In this document: positions 55,681 to 64,000 of the stretch, in pieces
Layout: each line of letters begins with the position of its first letter
Numbering within the stretch: position 1 is the stretch's first letter
IMG/VR virus record: IMGVR_UViG_3300023106_000010
Span: 22,911 to 86,910 of that record
Length of the DNA stretch: 64,000 bases
DNA from: a virus
Reading direction: 5' to 3' (one strand)
Notes under the pieces: generated by a model
The model's database searches: none
What the model was told of the DNA's origin: nothing
Seen by the model: the letters and a program-made list of their open reading frames with translations, nothing else
Made by a program: the position numbers and the translations under genes

Positions 55681-56493
55681 GTGGCAGTAATTAATAAAAA
55701 TGTATTTTATGTATACGTACACAGGAGAGGTGATAACAACGAGGTGTTTTATGTTGGAAAAGGTAAGGGCGGGAGGGCGACAGCTACAGCAAGGAGGAAT
55801 GCATGGTGGACGAATATCTACAAAAAATATGGAAGAGTGGTAGAGTACGTAGAGAAGGGCATGTCAGAAGAAGATGCATATGATTTGGAGTATGAATTAG
55901 TTAAATTTTACAGAGAAACTGGACACACCCTATGTAATCTAACAAATGGTGGGGATGGTACAAGATCAATTCCAGAAGCCGCTAAAAAGATAATGACAGA
56001 AAGAATTTTATCCCCTGAAGTTGTCGAAAAACGATTAAGAAATATGAGAAGGCCCGTTCTTTGCTCAAATGGAATGATTTTTGATTCTGCAAAGAGTGCT
56101 GCTGCGTGGCTGGGTAAGGGGTGTGGTGGAAGTATTAGTGTGGTGTGCAAGAGAAAAGGTAAATGTAGCTGGGGTGGTTTTGTTTGGAGATATGTTGACG
56201 ATTCTGAAGATTTAAAGATTATTTTGTTGAAAAATTTAGATGCTTTTGTAGAGTTCGGTTGTGATGTACATCTATCACAATTTGCCCCAAGTAAAGTTTA
56301 TTGTTCAAACGGAATCGTATTCAAATCGGCTGACCAAGCAGCAAACTGGCTAAAAACTAATGGATTCCCTAATGCGAATCGTTCAACTGTCAGACGTTGT
56401 TGTAATAATGCTACATGGTACTTTGATAAAATAGGGTTTTCATGGCAAGAAATATTTGTCGGACCATTTGTGACAAATCAAAATATTTCTTGA
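55681..56493 (+). CDS. GIY-YIG-type homing endonuclease with NUMOD1-like repeats
   Basis: FYVYVHRR.....FYVGKG...R, L.NLT.GG.G, two V.CSNG..F.SA..AA.WL repeats; GTG start after GGAGG. Confidence 0.85.
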   Translation: MAVINKNVFYVYVHRRGDNNEVFYVGKGKGGRATATARRNAWWTNIYKKYGRVVEYVEKGMSEEDAYDLEYELVKFYRETGHTLCNLTNGGDGTRSIPEAAKKIMTERILSPEVVEKRLRNMRRPVLCSNGMIFDSAKSAAAWLGKGCGGSISVVCKRKGKCSWGGFVWRYVDDSEDLKIILLKNLDAFVEFGCDVHLSQFAPSKVYCSNGIVFKSADQAANWLKTNGFPNANRSTVRRCCNNATWYFDKIGFSWQEIFVGPFVTNQNIS

Positions 56494-56552
56494 TTTTCTC
56501 AGGATAGTGTAATACTATGTCTACTGGATGCACAAACACAAGGAGAACAACC

Positions 56553-59500
56553 ATGACCAGCTTCATAAATCTTCCAGCCATTTACCACTACGCACACTCC
56601 ACCAACACAGACATGTACACAGCCTATTGCGAAGGTGTTATTATTGGGCAAAGCTTTAGCAAGGATGAATGTGAGTGGATTGCTAAGAAACATTACATTG
56701 CAAATAAACAGGAGAAATAAAATGGAATACAAAGATATCTCGGAAAAGCAACCTTTCCAATTCGTTGACACCACTGTATATCAACTGGAATTTGATAGCT
56801 GGCGCAAAGGAGAGGCGCAGATGCGAAATCGTGTGTATGCTAATGTGTATGGTTATCGGGACACGCCTAAAGAGGAATTGGAAGCTACGGCACGTTTATT
56901 CGCTGCTGCAAGCGAAATGCTGGAGTTGCTAAAAGAATCGCAAGAAAGTATTGGCGGAGACTGGCGACAACGTCGTGATGCAATTGTTGCCAAAGCACAA
57001 GGGGAAGCGGAATGAACTACCATAACGAAATTATGAACCTGCCTTGCGTTTTATCAATGCTAGACCTGTCCGGCCCATTGGATCGTAATGTAGCTTTTAA
57101 AGTTGGACATCGCACGGCTAGGCATCAAGCAGCGGAAATTTGTAATCAAGCAGACGCACGCATAGAGGAGCTTGAGAGTGCTTTGCAATCAATGATTGAC
57201 TCCTATGAGTATGAAGCTAGTGCAGAAAATCCTAGTTTATTGCAAGCTAAGAAAGTTCTTGCACAATCCTGAGAACTGTGCAATAATAGATTCACGTTGT
57301 CCCACATAGCAAACGGAGAGAATTATGATCGCCACTTTCAAAACTTATGGTCGCTTGTCAACGTACAAAATTCGTCTGCAAGCATTCTATCTGCATAAAT
57401 CCTATTTGTTCCGTCACTGGCTGTTTCAGTGGAAGCAAGACGAAGATGGTGATATTGTTTTCAGTGTTGCTAATCGGCTGCATTTCATCAAATATAAAGA
57501 GCATACATTGATTAAGTTTGGTAAAGTGGATTATCAACAGGCTGCTAAGTATGTTCGGGGAGAATAACATGAGCCAGCAAGAATACAAATTGTGGTACGT
57601 CCAACATTTAGCTATGCTGGCTGAGTTTAGGAAATATAAAGAACAATTGCTCAAGGGGAAATGATATGATTGCCTTTATGAAATACGACTTATTCCCTTA
57701 TGTAGTCTGGGGAGAGGTGGTAGAAGATGGTCGCAAAGATAGTACGGTTAATGTAAAAGGATATGGGTGCTATCACATTAATTCCGTAAAATTCATTCTT
57801 CCACAAGAGCGAGGAGTTAAGCTTGCTGAAGAGGTAGTACAAATTAACATTGAATATCAAGATGTTAAAGAAGCTTTGCACAAGAAATATACAGACAAAC
57901 TTAATGCCTTGATGGCATGGAAAGAAATTTGATATGAACATTCCACCAAACACTAAGCCATTTTCATTAGAACTGGCAAAACAAAATCACCCTCTAATCA
58001 CTCGTGACGGACGCAATGCTAAGTTTATTGCTTATGTGCCTGATGCTAACAAAGGATTCAATTTAGTAGTTATGATTGACGGCAATGTGTACACTACGCG
58101 TGACGATGGGCAATTCACCAATCGTAATTTTGATGTATTCCTAGCACCATTGGGAATGTGTGAGGGATTGCCAGTGTTCGCGGGAGACACTTTACACGGC
58201 GTCAAAGGTAATCACACATCGACGTTTGAACAGTGATCTATCTTTCGAGCATCTTGCACAGAATGTATTAAGTGAGTATTTGGAGGGCTTGAAATGACAA
58301 CAGTTTATCGAGTAGACAACGAACTACTAACCATTGCAGAGGTTGATAAACAATCCTTGCACGCTGATACGCCTCTGAATGTGTGGCTTCCTGTTGTGTA
58401 TGGTTGTGGGGAGTATTGTTATTATGAGGATGAGCAAGAGGCTAAAGAATCTTTGTATCGTATTATTGACAAAAAGATTGTAGCTCTGCGAGAGATTCAA
58501 GCAAGTATTTTTGATTGGTCTGATGAGGAGTATGAGGAATGATACGCTCAACAACTAAGCACCATACACCCGGAATCACTCTTGAGCAGTTCATTGCACT
58601 GAAGCCGCATAATTTACGCCTCGGTCAATGGTTTGTTAATTGCTACCTGAAGCCTATCAAGACTGGCAACAATTATCACTGGGAAGCTTTGGCAGATGAA
58701 TTACACAACTCTGACGGAGCTAAAGCTAAACGATTGATTACTCAGGCTATGAACCAATGGCAGTGGTCTACACTACCTGAAATTATTTGAAGATTCTTCT
58801 TGCATTCCTAGCGAATGTGCGCTATTCTTAAGGCTCTGAAACGGACAGCACATAAAGGAAATATCATGAACAACCTTCAACAACTGCAAGACGAATTTTG
58901 GCGCACTCGTGTGGAAGCTAAAGCAGCTTACAAAGCTTGGCAAGATGCTGTTAAGATTGGTAATCATACGGACGAGCCTAAGCTACATCATTTGTATGTG
59001 CGCGCATGGCAACTACACCAAGAAGTAAATATGGCACAATTTCTGGCTGAGTGTGAAGAATAAGCTAGGAAGCCACTTTAGAGCCATTCTTAGGCACCTA
59101 GGAGCGCTCCAAAGCTAAAGAGCTAGGACATTTGCACACAACACACAACGGAGCCTGTGAGGTCTGTTTAAATCACTTTGAAAGAATATTATGAACCTTC
59201 AAGATTACCTTATGTCATTCCGTGACATTAACGACGAACAAGTATTTACAGACCGGAGTTTCCCTCGTGCGAATCGTATCACTTGTGCAGATGGCTTCTC
59301 GTTGTCTGTGCAAGCATCCTTCGGAGCTTATTGCACTCCTCGCACTAACATTGCAAATTGGTCCGCTGTAGAAGTGGGATTCCCAAGTGCTAAGCCTGAA
59401 TTCTTTGCACAGTATGCAGAGTCAAGCGGTTGGACTGACGAGGATACAGGTGAAGTGGAGTTCTTCGACTATACAAATACAGTTTATGGATATGTCCCTA

Positions 59501-61852
59501 TTGAGCTTGTAGAGCAATGTATTGCGTTGCATGGCGGGATTGTCTTAAATAACTTGTTGGAGAACAAATAATGTTTACTCGATTTAGCGATATGTGTAGT
59601 GGAGGTTCTGTCAAGATTAAAGGTGCCGAGTGGATTATTATTGAGGCATCGGAAGATGACGCTGTAGCTTACTTTGAAAAGCGATTTGACCGTGATCCGT
59701 ACAATGTCACGTGTGATTGCTGCGGTGGGGATTATTCTATTGACGAATACGAGACACTGGAAAAATGTATGTATCGATGGATGGACGTTGATAAAACTCT
59801 GATTATCTGCAAAGAAGATATGAAAGGCTAAAACCATGAAAGTTACAATCAATCCCGCACAACCATCCAATGACGACATTTTCAAGCCGGGGACGTTGGT
59901 TATAGACCCTAAAGATGGCTCTGTTGTATTAGTATGCAAGTCTGACGAAATTCTTAGAGATTGTGAATTTACAGGAGTTGCTATTAACTCTGTCAGTTTG
60001 TTCTGTTCTGGCTATCTTGAGCCTAAATTTCAAAAGAAACACTTTGTCAAGTTTGTTGGTAATGTTATTTTGGAGCAAGCATAATGACAATCGAATACAA
60101 ACAACCGTCTAAAGACGAATTTACTTACATCATGGATGATTATTGGTTTATGATGTCTGAGCTAGAGAGAATTGCACAAGATAACAACGATGCTGTATTG
60201 AGACATTTCTTAGATGCTTATTTTAAGAAATGGAGTGAGTTTGCTGGATTGGAGCGTAAACCTGTCTGGAGTTAGAAATGAACATCACATGCGACACAAA
60301 CACACTAGAAGCTATCAAGACAGTGTGCTACACTCTATGCGTATTCGGTGTTGGGTATTGGATTTATAAGATGCGCCGAGTTTTCTTTATTATTGAGGAA
60401 TGATTATGGTGCGTAAATATAATCCTGATGTGGAAACGGAATGGGCTAATGCATACAACCCAAACAGTGAATACTCTATTGCTGTTATGGTAGAATCTCC
60501 TTATGGGGAATGGGTGAAGTTGGAAACCTATGAGGACGAAACTAAGAGACTTCGTGCTATGATTCATAGGCTGGAAGAACGTAACACAGCGCTAGAGGAA
60601 GACATCAAGCTAGGGGAAGCCAACCAGTTGCAATTATTGGAGATGCTTAAGCCATGACAACTTTACGAGTTGAAAACGAGGAAAGAGCGACGCAAGGCGC
60701 TATTACATTTGAAACACAAGAACACTTCGACGCGGCTGTTCGTAAATACCTTGCAATTGATATTACCCTGTACGAAGATTACGGAGATGTCAAGCTTTCG
60801 GTGATGCTCACAGACACTTTGACGGGGGTCACTGTAGATAGTGCTAAGGATTATTGTACAGTGGTAGAAAGTAAGTGGGAATAGAGCCTATTCACGTCAA
60901 AACAGGGCTAGAAGCGCGTTGTACATGTTGGACGACAGGATTTATGTGATAATGCTGGAAACGACTTAGAGAGGTTTAAAATGGCTTACATAGATTTTGA
61001 AGGTAGTAATTTTATAACAGCCTACAAGGACGCTGATAAAGATTCCATTATCATCCGCTGCAATATACAATACACAGACATTGGCAAGGGCGAATCACTT
61101 TGGCTGTTTATTGAGCGCCACGGTGGTCATAAAGAAACTGCTAAGTATTTAGCAGAGCGGTATAAGAAGGAAACTTTCTTGTGAAGCCACAGATAAAGTT
61201 ATTGTACAGTCAAGAATTCCGTGTATTACTGTAACTAATTATAAAGATTGGTATGGATGGAATGATTATTTGTTTGTCAAGGCTGATGAATATGTGGATT
61301 GGTTGAATGAGGTAGGGAGGGATTGTATATGGAATGTTCCACAAAACATAGAGGATTGATATGAGTCGCAACAAATCAGAAGGTAAGTACGCTGGTAAGA
61401 TCAAGGGTAAATTCTTCCGCACTTGGGCAAACAACCGCGTAAACGTCCCTTGTGCGTATAGAGCATTGCGCGCCCCACACAGTAGGAAATATTCGGCATG
61501 ACTGAATACATATAGGAGGTTGTGAAATGAATAAAATTGCTTATATCGTCATACCTATTATTTTATGCATTCTCTTCATAGCATTTATTGTGACGATTAC
61601 GTTATTGGTGAGCAAATGAACATGCGAGAAGAATTCCATAAGTGGTGCGAACAGAACGATTTTGATATAGGGATGTACGATAGAGCGCCTATATCTGTGT
61701 ACAATTGCAGGGTGACAGATAAGGCTTGGGTAGTGTGGCAAGCAGCACATCAAGCGGGGTATGATGATGGTGTAGACTGGGCCAACGAAGAAGCTTACAC
61801 AAAGGGTTATGAGCAGGGTAGGATGTTAGCTAAACTACGAAATAGCGCTTGA
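56553..61852 (+). other. Run of small early-type hypothetical genes (e.g. 56722..57015, 57012..57272, 57325..57567, 57666..57932, 57934..58236, 58294..58542, 58539..58790, 59191..59571, 59571..59831, 59836..60084, 60084..60275, 60400..60657, 60654..60884, 60981..61184)
   Basis: Dense packing and SD motifs; sigma70-like promoters at about 56490, 57259 and 58800. Confidence 0.65.
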
Positions 61853-61899
61853 TAGATTTGTGATAGTTTCTTGCTATTGTGGTCATAGTTATAATTGTC

Positions 61900-61927
61900 T
61901 TGACTGTCTACAGATTGGGCGTATAAT
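61900..61927 (+). promoter_or_regulatory. Sigma70 promoter upstream of polymerase-like gene
   Basis: TTGACT-16-TATAAT. Confidence 0.7.
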
Positions 61928-62082
61928 GGTCGTACGTGACACTGATTTGACATGTCAGAATCGTCTGTAACCCGCATGTACGCTTGTTCTCCAGCTTGTC
62001 GCTACTGTCATAACTAGGTGAAATGTGCCTTAATGATAGGAAATGAACTTGACTTGCTGAGAAAAAGAACTAACAAGGAAGC

Positions 62083-63393
62083 TTGATAAGGACAACAATG
62101 ACAGTAAGATTAACCGAAGAAGGAATGGTATTAGAGAATAGTTCACTACCTATCAATAGTAAGCGACTAGCACTCAACATAGAGATAAGTGATTCAGTCA
62201 AGAACAAGACTAGACGATGGAATGTAAGGAACAAGATAGCTATTCAAGTTGTATTAATGAACTTGATTGCTTGTAATGAGAAGAAACAAAGGTTGTTCTA
62301 CAGTAGGCAGAAGGATAGCCGACAGAAGTGGAAATACAATGTAAGAGGACTAAACGCTCTAGACATCATCAAAGCTATTGATGAACTGGAGCTAATGGGC
62401 TATGTATATAACTACATTGCAGATAGACAATACCTTTATAGCGAAGAGGATAAACTACCTTCTTGGGTGAAAGCTACAGATTCTCTTGTAAGTAAGTTCT
62501 GTACAGACGAAACAGACTGTCAGAAGGCTGAGAAAGCTTATATAGCTGCAAACTTGAACATTGAAGTAAGAGAGTTCAAAAGCAAGAAGAAAGTAGACTA
62601 TGTAATATCGGATGAGACAAGGGAAATAGAGCGTGTTGTCTTATTCTTGAACGATATGAATAGTAATCACCTATTCCTAACCAAAGATGGGGAAGTTATC
62701 GAGAACGTGTACACCCGCATATTCAATGAGAGTTTGAAATACGGTGGCAGGTTTTACCGTGCCGGAATCTTGAACATGCCGAACAAGGCTAACAAGGATC
62801 GATTACGAACGACAATTGACGGTGAATCCGTTTATGAGATAGACTTTGATTGCTTACACATTTCTATTCTTGCTGATGAGAGTGGTGTAGCTGACAAGTA
62901 CGAGGGAGACATTTATTACAAGGTGTTGGAGCCTGAGCAATACAGTTTAGCTAATCGTGCACTTGTGAAGCTTGCTGTAAATATCTGTCTCAATGCCACT
63001 TCGGTGACTTCGGCAGCCAAAGCGATCAATAAACAGATTGGTAAGTATCCTGAGAATACATTCTGCTTTACTTGCGGTTATGCTGTAATACGGCAGATCA
63101 AATTAAAATTACCTGACTTTGTACAAGCATTTTGCAATAAGAAGTCCACAGGTAAACGGCTTCAGAATATTGATAGCTGGATTGCTCATTATGTGGTTGA
63201 CGAGTTTATCAAGATTCAACAGCCAATTCTCATTATTCATGATTCGTTCATGGTGCAACGTAAGAACGCTGGTAAGCTTGTAGACGCAATGACAGCAGCA
63301 TACAAGAAAGTTGTTAAAGTAGACAAGATTGTAAGAATGAAAATGAACTGGGTTGAGAACGACGAAGTACAGGCCACAGATTGTTCTAAATGA
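62083..63393 (+). CDS. Compact polymerase of the PolA / T7-RNAP superfamily (function uncertain)
   Basis: GGRFY, motif A EIDFDCLH, motif B-like R.LVK..VN, LQ..DS, motif C IIHDSF. Confidence 0.7.
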   Translation: MIRTTMTVRLTEEGMVLENSSLPINSKRLALNIEISDSVKNKTRRWNVRNKIAIQVVLMNLIACNEKKQRLFYSRQKDSRQKWKYNVRGLNALDIIKAIDELELMGYVYNYIADRQYLYSEEDKLPSWVKATDSLVSKFCTDETDCQKAEKAYIAANLNIEVREFKSKKKVDYVISDETREIERVVLFLNDMNSNHLFLTKDGEVIENVYTRIFNESLKYGGRFYRAGILNMPNKANKDRLRTTIDGESVYEIDFDCLHISILADESGVADKYEGDIYYKVLEPEQYSLANRALVKLAVNICLNATSVTSAAKAINKQIGKYPENTFCFTCGYAVIRQIKLKLPDFVQAFCNKKSTGKRLQNIDSWIAHYVVDEFIKIQQPILIIHDSFMVQRKNAGKLVDAMTAAYKKVVKVDKIVRMKMNWVENDEVQATDCSK

Positions 63394-63403
63394 AGGGGAA
63401 GAT

Positions 63404-63822
63404 ATGAAATACGAAGTGTTGGAGTTATTGCAACCAAACGATGAGTTAGACGACTTCGGGCGGGATATGGTGAAAACTAGATGTATTGCTAATAACGTGT
63501 TACGTGTTGTTTATGTGCAACATCCTATAGATAACCGTCTGATTGATGTAGGTTACACTTTCGATGTACCAACAAAGGAATAACTATGAACATTGAACTA
63601 ACAGACGACCAACAATATGATGTTTGCAAAGCTGTTCTCATTGCAGACTACAAGCGGACACTAACACAAAACGAATGCCAGCCAGATGAACTAGAGCAGC
63701 GTATACGAGCTTTCCATACATTGTTTGGGTACTATCTCACCACCAAGGAACAAACAGCGCTTAGCGAGTGGCGTTGGCAACAGATTGAAATTGTTGTTGA
63801 CAAGATTCCTAAAGTAGCATAA
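63404..63822 (+). other. Two small hypothetical genes (about 63404..63583 and 63586..63822), followed by a partial ORF from 63858 to the window end
   Basis: SD motifs GGGG/AAGGA. Confidence 0.55.
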
Positions 63823-64000
63823 CCTACGTATATCAACCTAACCTTAAAGGAACAATCATGAAACTCTCAGAAGCAATCGACCGTATCAACAAAGACGACA
63901 TTGACTCGTGTTATGATATAGAAGTATTTAATAGTGCTTTAGGTATGAACTGTTATGCTTATGACAGCATTATTAAAGAAAGTCTTAAGTATGCATTCCT

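Noticed and set aside
1-64000. CRISPR array, integrase/att site, or reverse transcriptase/DGR
   Set aside because: No regularly spaced direct repeats, recombinase motifs or RT motifs were seen by eye

Overview
This window is a 64-kb segment of a tailed dsDNA phage genome (siphovirus-type tail) whose host is Gram-negative, probably a beta- or gamma-proteobacterium, judged from the spanins and E. coli-type LexA boxes. It has three blocks. (1) 1-13.4 kb, + strand: late genes, namely the tail tube, a frameshifted tail chaperone, a 2072-aa tape measure protein, one tail-tip protein and the lysis cassette. (2) 13.4-45.7 kb, - strand: replication and nucleotide metabolism, with nrdAB, MazG-like, phosphoesterase, exonuclease, SSB, tRNA-Arg, family B DNA polymerase, primase-helicase, ligase, thyX and many small ORFs. 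(3) 45.9-64 kb, + strand: dense small early-type genes under sigma70 promoters, ending near a polymerase-like gene of the PolA/T7-RNAP superfamily. At least seven free-standing homing-endonuclease-like genes are scattered through it. I saw no integrase, repressor or CRISPR array. Best candidates for undescribed biology: (a) three nuclease cassettes whose promoters carry a consensus LexA (SOS) box 1-2 nt upstream of the -35, two of them with a homologous small partner protein coupled to unrelated nucleases; (b) four tandem small proteins sharing a C-terminal W-x-[ST]-S-x(1-4)-C tail, directly upstream of a nucleotidyltransferase-fold enzyme; (c) a 7-proline micropeptide coupled to a membrane protein at the head of the lysis region. 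All family calls come from motif recognition by eye; no database searches were run.
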